Below, piece by piece: positions 1 to 13,499 of a stretch of 40,571 nucleotides of DNA (within the stretch, counting starts at the first letter, position 1; each line of letters opens with the position of its first letter). This DNA is from Octopus bimaculoides (lineage: Eukaryota), in assembly GCF_001194135.2 (NCBI RefSeq), contig NC_068982.1, positions 103,434,494-103,475,064 on the forward strand. The letters are read 5' to 3'. A model generated the notes under the pieces. The model made no database searches. It was not told the DNA's origin and saw only the letters and a list, made by a program, of their open reading frames with translations. A program made the position numbers and the translations under genes.

Positions 1-397
1 TGATACCTGTATGTTCACTATAACGAAGATAACTTTCAAAGTTGTTTGTTGAATTTTTTTTTTTACTCTTTACATCATATTTTCCTTTGTACACGTTACA
101 TAATGTTCTTTTTTTCGTCTATTTTTGATTATCTTCATTATTTGCTAGTTTTTCATATTTTTGGGGTGTTTGGGTGGGTGGGGTTAAAATGTACGTGTAA
201 GAAATTATCAGGTGATGGTGTTTCTTTTTTTTTTCCTCCCCACTTCTAATACTACACAAATAGGTTTTGAAAAAAAAAATGCAAAACTGTGGTGGTTTCG
301 ATGTATGTATACAACAGTATGTATACAACAGCATGACCTCGCCATATCACATCTTGTTGTTGTTGTTTTTTCTTAAATTATTTATCAAATTTGCACA

Positions 398-444
398 TCA
401 TCGTTCGGTACGATTCAGATAAGACAGTAGAATGTGCTGGTGCA
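398..444 (-). CDS. Probable terminal coding exon (LHQHILLSYLNRTER*), followed by 3' UTR toward position 1
   Basis: Long polypyrimidine tract ttctttcatgctttcttttcatttcttttccag|TG. A phase 1 entry reaches TGA at 398-400. No AATAAA seen in the remaining 397 nt. Confidence 0.7.
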
Positions 445-527
445 CTGGAAAAGAAATGAAAAGAAAGCATGAAAGAATAAATGAATAATCATTTCGAATG
501 AAAAATAACGACGACAACGACAGCAGC

Positions 528-731
<204 letters not shown>

Positions 732-1946
732 CCTTTCTACTATAGGCGCAAGGTCTGAAAGTTTCAGGTAGGGGACAAGTCGATTCCGTGTAAGGAAAAG
801 CAATTTAAGGACTTTCTGGTCAGAAAGTCTAAAAGAGCTAAAACAACAGCAGCAAGGAAGCATGAGGGCTTCTGATCCAAATGGTACAACTCTAGACTCG
901 TAAAAAATCAATCCATTCTCATTATCGGAAACCAACCATCTAAGAGACCCTCGAACTCCTTCTTCCAATGGGGACAATGAAAATAATTTAAAACAACAGT
1001 AGCAATGGTGGAGATTAAATCAGCAGAGACCCTCTCCTCACAGCAGTGCCACTCCATTATGAAGATGGAGAATAGACGGAAGCTGAAGATCTGTAGACAT
1101 TTTTTGCAAAGACTAAATATGACTCCCCCCCCCCCCGCTTGCCCAAAGAACAACTAAGGGAAATAGTTAAAAAGTGTAGTAGAAAGCGTACATCTCCCCT
1201 GGAAAGGAAATGCTTTCCAGTGAAGTGTTCCTCCATGAAAGTGAACTCATCTTTTGTAAAGAGAAGAATTTCTCTAGTACGAAGTCCATCTCCAGTGAAA
1301 TGACCCTCACAACCAGTCAAAGGGCCAACAAAAACGTAATAGAATATTTATATGAGCTGCACAGGGAGGGTCCAGGCAGGAGAAAGCATCAAGCTACAAA
1401 GAACTCTCAATGATCTCGAGGAACTTGTTGTAAACAAGTGATAGGTTGTTATTGTTGTTACTTAGCCACAAGTAAGCCTTGATCGAGCAGACCTAGAGTC
1501 AAAAATATTCTAGTAGTGAATATTCAGTTTTATTTTTAGGAATAGTACATATAAAGCTATATTATTTATTATGCCCTTCGTTTTTTAAGATTGTAAAATG
1601 TAGTTTGAAGAAATGTGGCTGCTATTTCTAGCACATCGAATAACCACATAGAGGTTTGAAAATTACTAAGCTCAGATGTTCACTTCCGTTTATGTTATAG
1701 AGGAATGATTTTCGCCAGGATGACCTGCCTAGAGATATTACACAAAAACTTGATTTCAGTAGCGCCTTTATCACACTGTGATCTACTATTCGTTCGTTAT
1801 AACTCTAATTAGACTGAAAATTAGTCAAGTCAGTGACAATTTTCAACTGAAGACTATTCAAACATTTGATGAACGTTTCATTTTATTTTGTTGGGAATAT
1901 TTTGTTCTATATAGTATGATATTCTAGTTCATGACATTCTTTTGGA

Positions 1947-2042
<96 letters not shown>

Positions 2043-2360
2043 AACTAGGTCTTCTTAAATTTTCTCCTATATCTTTGTCTAAATTGTTCCAACAGCTGGT
2101 TATATCGTTAGATATAAGGTGTAAGGGTCATAAATGAAGACGAGCTGCTTTTGTCAGCGTTCAGTCAAGCGCTGAAGGTGAACACATGAAGTATCAGTTC
2201 CATATATGTAGGTAATATTTTATGAACGCACTCCATATGGAGCGTTAGTTGTACAGAGCAATATTTTGATTGAGATAAATTTCTCATCTTTCTAAAGCTC
2301 ATAATTTTTTTTTTATACAACAGTAATAAAATGAATCAACGAAAATATTGTATTACTTAC

Positions 2361-2552
2361 AGTGTTGGCATGAAGTTCCCCAATGTGTGGGGGGACAAAT
2401 ACATTTTCCTTTTTTACATCGACCACCATTGAAACAAGGTAATTTACAGCCGTGTCTACGTTTGCAATAGCGTCCTGTGTATCCAGGCTTACAAAGACAT
2501 TTGCCTGGTTTAATACACATAGACATCGCCGGGCAGCGAGGAGTACAAATTG
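2361..2552 (-). CDS. Exon: EGF-like repeats 2 and 3 (PICTPRCPAMSMCIKPGKCLCKPGYTGRYCKRRHGCKLPCFNGGRCKKGKCICPPTHWGTSCQH)
   Basis: Acceptor ttgtttccag|CA and donor CACT|gtaagt. 192 nt, phase 1 to 1. Two six-Cys EGF repeats of the short WIF1/VWDE type. Confidence 0.92.
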
Positions 2553-2760
2553 CTGGAAACAATTGAAAAAAATCTTTTAAAAGATACATAGAATGTTAAA
2601 AAAGAGAAACGATTTCATCCATATTTCTTTTCATTATATTCTTGTAAAAGTAATATACTAGGTGTTAGTAGTTAAAGCTGGAAGATCTTGATTTATTATA
2701 AATGAGTTCAGTGATATCTTAAACCTCATCTAGGTTATCAGAAGCAATAATTTTTTCCGT

Positions 2761-2890
2761 TACGCCTTGTGGTTAGGGTGTTCGGCTCATGACAGTAAGG
2801 TGGTGGGTTTGATTTCTGTACCAGGCGGCACGTTGTGTCCTTGAGCAAGACACTTCACGTCGTTCCAGTCTATTAAGCAGTAATGAGTAT
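2761..2890 (+). mobile_element. SINE 5' fragment (same head family)
   Basis: GTGGTTAGGGTGTTCGGCTCATGAC...GTGTCCTTGAGCAAGACACTT. Confidence 0.7.
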
Positions 2891-4293
2891 CAGCTGAGTG
2901 CTGGTGCAACCCTTTTCTTCTTACTGCTATCCCATTCTTGATGTTCTGCTAGGTAAAGGGAGATGAGGTTGAGAGTGTTTCAATGTCTACTCTCGACTGC
3001 GTAGGCACCTAAAAAATTGGCGAAAACATGGTACATATTACCAAGCCAAATCCGTTCACAAAATATATAATTAGAAACTATATATTTTGAAAGAAATGTT
3101 TGGGTATGAGTTCTAAAAGTATTACCTAGGAGTTAGTGCAACTATTTACTTTAACTGCAGTTTGTAAAAACTGCTGGAGAAACAGAATATGAACTTTTTT
3201 TTATTATGGAAGAGCTGGTTGAATACTGGGCCGTTTCTTATTCATACCAGAATAGAGACCTTGAAAGCATTCTCCCTCATCAGCACTATAACACAATTGC
3301 TGCACATCTTATGAAAGCAGCTGAGCATTACAATCTCGTAACTCATGATGTATTCCCCTCACTAAGAAAGTGAACATCACTACAAATGTTTCGTCTCACG
3401 GTTTTTAATGAAATCTCATGACAACTTTGTATATAACATTGTGAAAACTGCACCTAAAAGACTACATTCCTCTTCACAATTCTCTTCACTTGCTGTCTCT
3501 CTCAAAGCATGATTCATATTTAAGAGTTTCTCATATATTTGAATTAGTGTTGCGGTTCAATAGACATAACATCCAAAACTGAATTTAAAAACAACAAAAT
3601 AAACAAAAAACATCCATCTAATTCGACACGTCTCACCAGCATGATACAAATACCAACTCAAGCAACTCTTTTTATCTCTAATATTTTCTATTGCTTCTAC
3701 ATCTTCTGCTCATCAGAAGTAGCAGTTATGTTATCACTTTCATCAAAGACCGTACGATGTATTCGTACCTTCTATTTTCGTCAGCCTTCCTTTCACTCCA
3801 CAAGCCTTATATTAAAGACTTTACTTAATCTTTTCTCTTCTTAATTACAGTCTTCTGTATCTCCTACAGGCATCAACTTATTGAATTCAAGTGAGACTTC
3901 AGCTACATTGACATCAGTAGTTTATGAAAGACTGAGAAGGTTACGGGAGTCGTTACTTTTTTTCTTGTTCAATAACCCCACTTCTCACCAGACGGTATCT
4001 ATTAACATTTTGATAGACTAAAGCATTGGCAGGCAAAAGTATTGACGGTATGGCCTCCTTACTGAAGTTAGATTACATGTATTATTAATGCTCTCGGGAG
4101 TAAACCAACATGATAATTTCAAATATATCTTCCCTTTCAGAAACCAACATACGTGTTCTCACAAAAATCACCCCCCACCTCAAAAACAGAAACAAACCTC
4201 ATCTTCTTTGTGATAAATCAGTCTAAACTGATTTATCGCAGAGAAGATTAATATTTAAAAGTATATGAATTATTATAGAAGTTTTAAACTTAC

Positions 4294-4404
4294 GATTTTG
4301 GCATGTAGCTCCCTTATAGTCCGGTAAACATTTACATCGATTGAAGCCTACACATACACCTCCGTTTTGGCAAGAATGTTTACACCTTCGCTTTGATGAT
4401 TTCA
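4294..4404 (-). CDS. Exon: basic linker + EGF-like repeat 1 (VKSSKRRCKHSCQNGGVCVGFNRCKCLPDYKGATCQN)
   Basis: Acceptor cgtttattag|TG and donor AATC|gtaagt. 111 nt, phase 1 to 1. Six-Cys EGF spacing. Confidence 0.92.
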
Positions 4405-4426
4405 CTAATAAACGAAAATAATACGA

Positions 4427-4477
<51 letters not shown>

Positions 4478-4771
4478 CATGTATGCATGTATCTGTGTAT
4501 GTACATGTGCACACATACATAGAACCATTACATATATATGTGTGTGTACGCGCGCGCACACACACATACACACACATGAATCAATAAATCAATGAATAAA
4601 TCGATAAATATATAAAGAAAACATCAATTAATCAATAGCTTAATCATTCCAAGCAATAATACGAAAGCCGTGATTGTGAAGGAGTGATATGATATAAATT
4701 ATTGAAAATGTTCAATAGAACGTTTTCTTATTATTTAAGTTGAACGCATGCCAATGTCAAGCAATTCTAAG

Positions 4772-4818
<47 letters not shown>

Positions 4819-5542
4819 CATATCAGTATCTATATGCATATATATAAATATTCATTTGCACGCTCGCACACACACACACATGCACACATACATATTCTTA
4901 TTAATGAATTTATATATATATATTAATATACATGTGTGTATGTATGATGTATAAAGTATAATATATGTATATATGTATTATTTATGTATTATGTATGTTT
5001 GTGTGTTTGTAATCATGCCTTGTAATTCAAAGGGATTCTCAGACGGACAGAAAGACAAATTTGAAAAAAATACAATAACAATAAAAACGCGCGCACGCGC
5101 ATGCGCGCACACACACACACGCACACACACACGCACACACACACATACACACACAATAAAATCCCAATACACTACTATTTAATAGACTTCAATCCTCCCT
5201 TTTCAATTGTGTAAAATGTTAGGATACATTCTCCCGAGAATATCGAAGTTCCGAAGCATGCACAATCTTTTCTTAATACCTCAATTTTTTCTTTGTTGCG
5301 TCAAGTGTGTTTGACTGCTTTAAAGTCAACAACAGTACGAGCTATTGTTGACTATTTTCCTCTTCACTACGCTGTTAATATGACGACACAGCGTCATTGA
5401 ACCTACATAAGTACCGAAGGAATGCATCTCGTGGTAGTTAACCAGAAGTTGAATACATAAACTTACGACAAATAGCTCTTCGTGATTAACATCTATAAAC
5501 TGTATTATTTCGACGCAAATGTTTTTTATTTGATATAGTTAC

Positions 5543-5715
5543 CTCTCTTTCGTTTACAGCACAGTACACCAGTTGTATAACCTGCTGTATATGAACATCC
5601 GCGGCTTTTTCTGGGATGATACACGTCGATTCTACCTTTAGTTAAGCAAGATGATTTTGTATAACGTAATCGTCGGCAATTTCGTCCAATTCCCGCCATA
5701 TTGACCTTGTGACAT
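5543..5715 (-). CDS. Exon absent from the ORF track: C-half of Cys-rich module copy 2 (RCHKVNMAGIGRNCRRLRYTKSSCLTKGRIDVYHPRKSRGCSYTAGYTTGVLCCKRKR)
   Basis: Acceptor ttttccatctag|A and donor AGAG|gtaact. 173 nt, phase 2 to 1, which fits both neighbours. Paralogous to exon 27172-27340. Confidence 0.9.
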
Positions 5716-6469
5716 CTAGATGGAAAATGCGTAAAACATGAAGATAATATTTCATTTTCATTTCTAACATATATTCTAATAAACTAAATTTCATAGTGAA
5801 GTTTCAATCAAATTGATATTTAAGCCTTGTAATTTATGCTATGAAGTAAAACAGACAAAGAATTTTATAAAATATGTTACTGAAACTTAAGCTGTGATTT
5901 GAGTAGTGAAACTAGGTAACTCGAGTGAAAGTGTCGCGGCTGGTTAAGTCAAAAGGATACGATTCGTATCCTGTTACTGAAGTTGAACTTTGTCTTTGGC
6001 AAAGTTACTTAATTCCCAATCGTTAAGTCTACTTAGCTGTAGATAAGCATTGTTCATGCTGTGAAAATATACAATACTGTATAGATGATAAATGACTCGT
6101 TTGCTAGTAGTGCTAGACTTAAATCTTTCAACGAGATATTGGACTGGAGATGACTATCTAACTATACTGTAGGCCGGACAGAAGGGAGAGGAGAGGGTGC
6201 CTTCTTGGAGGGCTTTTGGTATTAAGGGGTCCAAAGTGCGTGAGGTCTCTCTACTCACCTTACGGTGGAACTCCCCACTATTGGGGAAGCATATTGTTGA
6301 TTTAATCTCTTTGTTAATCGTTGTTTGTTTGCTGTTTACACGTTCAACCTCACTGCCCCTCGTCTGTGTATCACCCTTTATGTTTTGTATTCGGCCCTGA
6401 TGGCCAAGAAAGAAAGTATCCTCCTCCTCCTCCTCCTCCTCCACCTCATCATCATCATCATTATCAATT

Positions 6470-6692
6470 AAGGTAGCGAGCAGGCAGATTCGTTAGAACG
6501 CCGGACAAAATGCTTAGTAGCATTTCGTCCGTTTTTATGTTCCGAGTTCAAATTCACTGAGGTCGACTTTGCCTATCATCCTTTTGGAGTCGATAAAATA
6601 AGTACCAGCTAAATAACTGGGGTTGATGTAATCGGCTTACCTTCTCCCCCGAAATTACTGTTCTTGTGCCTATATAAGTAGGAAAGATTATT
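6470..6692 (+). mobile_element. SINE, second family
   Basis: AAGGTAGCGAG...GAGTTCAAATTC...GAGGTCGACTTTGCC...GATAAAATAAGTACCAG. Related pieces at 13892-14030 (+), 12560-12920 (-, two partial copies), 9270-9360 (-) and 40380-40555 (-). Confidence 0.8.
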
Positions 6693-7443
6693 ACCACCAC
6701 CAAACTACCACAGCCACCACCATCATTGAAGACATTTAATCTCATTAGTCAGTAATATAAATGATTTAATCAAACCAGCAAGAGAGTTTCTACGTGGTCG
6801 ATTAAAGTTTATCTTCTGGCTAAAGACGATGTTTTGGAGTTGTACTATGGCAATTGTATCGCAGAAGAATAATTACACCGTGGAAATGGCTAACGATGTT
6901 AAGAGGTGAAAATCAACCGACATGAATATAACAGACTTCTTTCCCCCATAAAAAAAGAAAAAAAAAAAGAGAAGAAATTAGCTATAAACAAATTTTCAAA
7001 CGGTTGTAGCTGAACTATGTTGGTAATTAGGTCGTAGTTATCCAGCGAAAATTTTGACACTCCATGAGATAAATTGAAGTGAAAATTTGCAATCTATATA
7101 ACATACTTAAAACAGATATATTGTTGAAAGCTCGAAACGGCAGTATTCCTCTCGGGAAAGCATCTTTTATGGACGTAGAGTGTTTAAAAAAACCCAGAAA
7201 ACAAAACGTCTATAAAAGATGCGTTCTGGAGACAAATACTGCAGTTTTTAGACTTTCAACAGTATATCAGTTTTGCGTATGATACATAAATTGCTATTTT
7301 GAGCTAATATTGCTTCTGTCGCTAATAACAAATTTAATAGTTTTTTATGCGTTTTTAAGCAGTTAGATTAGCTTTTCCACCAAATTATTGTTTTGGACAG
7401 TGTCATAAGAATTCAAGGAATATGGACAAACTTAAAACAATAC

Positions 7444-7684
7444 CTTGTACATTTGCCTTTGTGGTTTGCTGCATTGTAGGCATAGCAACCATGCAATTCA
7501 TAGATGTCAGCCCACGTGATCTTCTGTAGTGCTTCAGAGTCTTTAGGATTGCAGACACTCCATCCTTTGGCGCAAAGCCATCGAGCTCGCTTCACGTGAC
7601 CATCCCACTTTCCTTTGCAGGCGTGTATGTTTTTATAGTTGTGTAGTCCTTCAGTGTTCTTGTCAGAACATCCAGATATATAGT
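7444..7684 (-). CDS. Exon: N-half of Cys-rich module copy 2 (DYISGCSDKNTEGL...ACKGKWDGH...LCAKGWSVC...GCYAYNAANHKGKCT)
   Basis: Acceptor ctattatag|AC and donor ACAAG|gtattg. 241 nt, phase 1 to 2, open frame. Confidence 0.9.
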
Positions 7685-7969
7685 CTATAATAGTAGGTAT
7701 TAGCGAAAACATTATATCAAACAGAAACATAAAAGAGAATAAGTAAATAAGTAAACGAAACTTTCAACCAAATCAGATCTAAAAGCAACACCGGAAACGA
7801 AGAGTAACTATAAACGACCAGTTGTTATAGGATTTCTTCAAATTAAAAGATAAAATTGCATTCATTAAGTTTATAATTGAGCTGGACTTTCTCGCTCGGC
7901 TACCTCCGTAATTCATTGGCACACATACAAATGCACTTAGATGTACACGTAAATATGAACACACATAAA

Positions 7970-8028
<59 letters not shown>

Positions 8029-8088
8029 CTATCTCTCTATCTAATTGTCTGTGTCTATCACTCTTTCTCTATCTGTCTGTCTGACTGC

Positions 8089-8137
<49 letters not shown>

Positions 8138-8217
8138 GTCTGTCTATTTGTCTGTTTATCTATCTGTCTGCCTGTCTGTTTGTCTATCTATTTATCTGTC
8201 TGTCTGTCTGCCTGCCC

Positions 8218-8262
<45 letters not shown>

Positions 8263-8751
8263 CGCCTTTTCACATAGACACATACATACATTTACACATG
8301 TATATAAATACATAAACATAAACACATATAAATGAATAAAATGCATGAGATTACATATGTATGTATGTACATACACTGGAAAGAAACAAGAACCTTACTG
8401 TGGCTGCTAGCTGCTAGCTGCTCAACGAATGTGAACATCTCATTCACAAATTACAGATGGTTCCTTCAGAACCGACAGCTGTAATTATCGGTGCACTAAC
8501 ATAACATAGTAACATTGAAAAGTTTATATTCTCACTGAAACAAAACCGAACAATGCGCGTTCAAATTCAATCTCTCAGCGCAAGAATAACAAAAGTACAA
8601 TGGTGCCTCAAAAGTACAATGGTACCTAGCATTTAATTTAGTAATTTTTACCACAATATGTGGTTCAAACTCGGATCAACTCTAATGAAGTAGATTTACC
8701 AACGGCGTTTCAGCTATGAGTAGCCTGTTCGTTTAGCGGTGTCTTTACTAT

Positions 8752-9062
8752 TACTCCGTCGGTTACGACGACGAATGTTGCAGTTGATCCGATCAACGGA
8801 ACAACCTGCACGTGAAATCAACGTGCAAATGACTGAGCATTCCACAAACACGCGTAGCCTTCATGGAGATTCAGCGTGACACAGAGTGTGACAAGGGCGG
8901 TCATTTGAAATATAGGTACTACTCATTTTTACCATCTGAGTGGATTGAAACATCGTGAAATAAAGTGTCCTGCAGAAGGTCACAACATGCCGCCGCGAAT
9001 CGAACTCACTGCCTTACGACTGTGAGCCGAATACTCTAACCACTAAGCCACGCGCCTTCACG
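8752..9062 (-). mobile_element. tRNA-derived SINE sharing its central domain with 18046-18422
   Basis: Shares GATCCGATCAACGGAACA and ATTCAGCGTGACACA blocks. Head ends ...CCACTAAGCCACGCGCCTTCAC on +. Confidence 0.8.
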
Positions 9063-10391
9063 CTATCTAGCGCTGCATTATTTAACATGTCAATTGAGAT
9101 TTTGGTTAGTATTTCTTGCATGTCGAGCAGTTATGTAGAGGTTTTCACAGAGATTTATTTCTACCACCGGCATTTAAGCCGTACATTTTGTACTCGATCA
9201 AGTCGATTCCAGTATTTTATCGATACTTTAATTTATCGAACTTCTTGCAGGACGAAACGCAAAGTAGGATTTGAACTGTGAAGATGAAGAGACGTAAATA
9301 AATCATGCAACATATTTTGTCCGTCGCTCTATCCATTCTGCCAACCCACTGCTCTTAGTAATATCTTGCTGCTACAAGCGTTACCAAAAAACAACAACAA
9401 CCCTTAACTGAAGAGATGGGAAGAAAGTTGTGTGATGTTTATGCATTTTAATTTTGTTTGCGTGGGCTGGTTTGAAGCTAGACTTGAAATATGCAGACAC
9501 ACACACACACATACGACAAGCTTCTTCCAGTTTCCGTTTATCAAATCCACTCACAGGGCTTTTGTCGGTCCTGAGGCTATAGTAGAATACATTTACCCAA
9601 CATACCACGCATTGGGATTGAACCCGGAACCATGTGACTGGGAAGCAAACTTCTTACCACACAGCAACACCTGCATCTCATACACACACACACACACAAA
9701 CTCCAACACAAGTATAGACATACAAGCATAGACACACACATAATTATTTAATGTACTTGTGACTGTTGTTGGTAAATTCGAGCGATACAACCACATAACT
9801 AATATATTGCACATACGAACGTATCCACACTCACATACACATTCTCTATATAATTTCTAAGCCAATATATTGTTATTGCAGACAACTATTCAAAAGTACA
9901 ATTGTTAAATGATAGCAAATCAAATTTTAAAAGCCCAAATTAACTAATCGGCTCATTAATTAATCGAACACTTACAAAATGACTGAATGCTTCATTAATT
10001 CGCTTTGATCATTGTTCAAATCTGAATACGAATGTAGTTTCATTGCTCCACACTTCATTCCTTTGCTTTCCTGTTATTGCTCTGCTATATTCATTTACAT
10101 ATTTTATCACAGTCTCCTGTCAACACGTTGTATGATATACTGTTGTTTTGTCAACCAATACGAGTGTTTCGTCTTTCCTTTCGGAAATTCGATACAGAGA
10201 AGCATACCTTTATTTTGTGCTTCTGTTATGTTCATTTACACATTTTTTCAGAAGTCGTTTGAAACATCATTTCCTCTAACTGGAACAACATTCAGATATT
10301 CTGCAATTCCGTTAATATGAATGTTACTCGTCATGTGACGAGTAACTTAGAAAGTATACTTTTGCCACCATAGGTAATATCAAATAATATA

Positions 10392-10603
10392 CAGGGTGTC
10401 CACAAAGTCTGGGTACACGGGGATTAACACATACTTTCAGAAAAAATTATTTCTTATATTTAATTGTTTATGTTATGATTTTATTTACTCCATGTACCCA
10501 CATGGGGATTAACACATATTTTAAGAAATTATTATTTCTAATATTTAATTGTTTATGTTATGATTTTATTTACTCCATGTACCCAGACCTCGTGGACACC
10601 CTG
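10392..10603. mobile_element. Tc1/mariner-type MITE with internal 85-bp tandem duplication
   Basis: 26-bp TIRs match at 24/26 (CAGGGTGTCCACAAAGTCTGGGTACA), with TA on both sides. Direct repeat at 10419-10500 and 10504-10585. Confidence 0.85.
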
Positions 10604-10939
10604 TAGAATACATACAATAATTATCATTTAACTTCTGTCAGATTTCTTGGTGCTTATACAAAATCGCGAAATGAATATTAATATTCAAAAGAAAAATATC
10701 TATTACCTTAAAATTAATGAGTGTGTGAGTGTATGAGTATTTCTGTCGTAACAAGGAATACGTTTATTTTTTTTATATATAATTTTCTTTATATCTAATG
10801 ACTCCTCATTACTCGCAAGAATTTTATTTTTACCCCACTTGGGGTAATTTACCCTTGTTCGCCGACCTCTGTTGTAAATGTAATTATGGAAGGCTTATTA
10901 GAATGAACAAATATATAAACTTTACAATATTTTATTTAC

Positions 10940-11047
10940 CTCTTACAGTAACAAAAGAACTGGCCATGTCTACTCCTTGGTTGTTAGTCACCTCACAACT
11001 GTAAAGTCCGGTGTCAGATGGTCGAGCTAGAGTTACCATTAAATCAG
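10940..11047 (-). CDS. Exon: C-half of Ig domain (SDLMVTLARPSDTGLYSCEVTNNQGVDMASSFVTVR)
   Basis: Acceptor ttttttcag|CT and donor AGAG|gtaaat. 108 nt, phase 1 to 1. Carries the DxGxYxC motif. Confidence 0.92.
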
Positions 11048-11135
11048 CTGAAAAAATATATAAATAAAAAAGATATGAATATATAAATTTACATACACAC
11101 ACGCACGCATGCTTGCACGCGAGCTCACACGCACA

Positions 11136-11217
11136 TACGTGACACAATGCAGTCAGTTCACTTCGTTCGCATACCCAGTAATGCTGACGAAGTGAGCCGG
11201 CTGCATTGTGTCGCGTA
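11136..11217. other. 82-nt stem-loop (37-bp stem, 8-nt loop)
   Basis: On the + strand: 31 Watson-Crick pairs, 4 G:U pairs and 2 mismatches. Confidence 0.75.
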
Positions 11218-11860
11218 ATAGGCCTTAAAGTTCATGTAATTAACAAAGGTAGTTTTCTGAAACAGTGTCACTGGATTTTTCTTTGATAGGACTGATCAGC
11301 AAGTTGCAAAAATTACGAAATACAGGTACCTTACAATAGCATAAATATCGGTTACGTTTATTGTGTTCCTTTTTTTATACAGCGTGCGGGCTCAGCACAC
11401 TAGCATGTCAGGAGTTAAGGGGGATTTTGTCAAACGACGTCGAGCATTGGAGTGTAGAACTTATCTACCATGCCGAAACATTTTGCCAACATGTTGCGAT
11501 TTCTAGCACATCTTTTGTATATATGTGTATATTGTTGAAGCCATAAGAGCTTATAAACTTCGAGAGAACGTAAAGTAATTCCCCTCTGAGCAGTGGATCT
11601 TGAAGCAAATAAAGCTATGAATAATAGCATGTAGTTATTAAGCTAAAAACCATATGGATTAGAAAAGCCGAAGGCTGCTTTCGAATTTTTTTTATATGTA
11701 TGTATGTATTTATGTAAATGTATATATATATATATATATACGAATGTATTTAAACATATATGCAAACATACATACACACGCACGCACATACATACATAAA
11801 TAAATATATATATAAATATATATGTGCGTGTGTGTGTATACACACACACTACACTCCCCC

Positions 11861-11903
<43 letters not shown>

Positions 11904-13499
11904 GAGAGAGAGAGAGAGAGATTCGTATACATTCATACACATCATTCAGTTGAAGTTAATCTGGATTTAAGTCTTAGTGAAATCGAGATTTATTGTTTGA
12001 TTGACACAAAACAGAGCATCTCCTCAGGTGACAACTGCGATGTTCAGATGTCAAATTCTTGTCAAACACGAGGAAGGTATTATAAAGAACTTCATGCATA
12101 AATACAAAGCCACTGGACATTTCTTTGATGGGATTGATCATCAAGTTACGAAAATTACTCCCTAATCAAGAGATTTAACGCCAAAGAAGATTATATTGAC
12201 TGATTAAACTTTTTTGTCTTGCCTACTTTCCTTCGCGGCTCTTTACAAAGGTGTGTTATTTTCTGATTGTGGCACTTGATGCGAGTATATGAGTACACAC
12301 ATGCGTATTTTTTCGTACAAATATATAGTCACATGTTTATACATATAAAAATATGTGTGTGTATGTGTTGTGTGTGTGTGTGTGTGTGTGTGTGTATGAA
12401 TATATGCGTGTATGTCTACATCTCTCTCCCCTCCTCTCTCTCTCTATATATATGCAGGTAGTTTTTACACATTATTTTCTGAAATAAAGTGTCTGATTCG
12501 TTTTAATTTAAGGCATTTTCCGACTCTCTAACTATTCTGCCAGATCACCGCTGTAATAGTAATCATAATGATTGTTTCAAATTTTGGCACAACGCCAGCA
12601 ATTTTAGAGTAAGTGGTTGATTCGGTTACATCAACCCAGTACTTGACTGGTACTTTATTTTATCGAAAAGGCAAAGTTGACCTTGGTGGGAGGGATTTGA
12701 GCACAGGAGATAAAGGGCCGCAAGAAATAATGTAGTGACAATCGTAATAATTCTAATTTTGGCACAAGGCTAGTAGTTTTGAGGAGAAGGGCCAAGTCGT
12801 TTACATCGACCGCAGTACTTAACTGGTATTATATTTTTATCGACGCAAAAAAGATGAAAAGTAAAGTTGATCTCAGAGCTTAATGAGTCAGAAAAAATAC
12901 CGCTAAGTATCTTGTTCAACCCTAATAATAATTATCATTAAGTATGATTATAACCAAACTAACGTTTAATATTAAAATCGCCATCCGTGTATCATACTAA
13001 ATGTTGACTCACCGCTAGAAGGCATGGTGCTGTAAAATTGTCTGAGATAAAATCTCTACATAGACTTTATTAAAAATACTGTATATATCGATGCGAGACG
13101 AACATCATTTCTGCAGTCATTTACAAGATTGATAGACACATTTCGTCTTTGTTGGGGCTTGTCAATGCCATGTACCCGATTGTCACCTGCTTAAATGAAA
13201 TTCGCGCCTGATATATATAGGAAACAGTGAATAAAACATTCACTAGTGTTGAGGAAGCATGTCGTACCGCAGGAAAAAAACACAGTGTTTGCAACTTAAA
13301 CAGCATTAAATGAAAATCACTATCTGTATATCATACTAAACGTGTATGGTGATGGTAGTCATATCAAATGTATGATGATGGGTAAGACAGCTCTGTAATT
13401 TTATGCTGAATAACCCGTACAAATGATTTGTTTATAGTGATCAAATGCTTGTGTTGAATATTAGCTCACTCCCTCCATCAAATCGATGTTGCCTGAACA

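Noticed and set aside
780-1450. Coding-like purine-rich stretch with ORFs 908-1153, 1057-1320 and 1210-1413
   Set aside because: No recognisable domain or consistent frame. Probably an old retroelement fragment.
3220-3900. CTGATGA motifs on the minus strand near 3280 and 3710; weak RT-like frame
   Set aside because: Stem II does not close onto GAAA and stem I does not pair. RT similarity is only suggestive.
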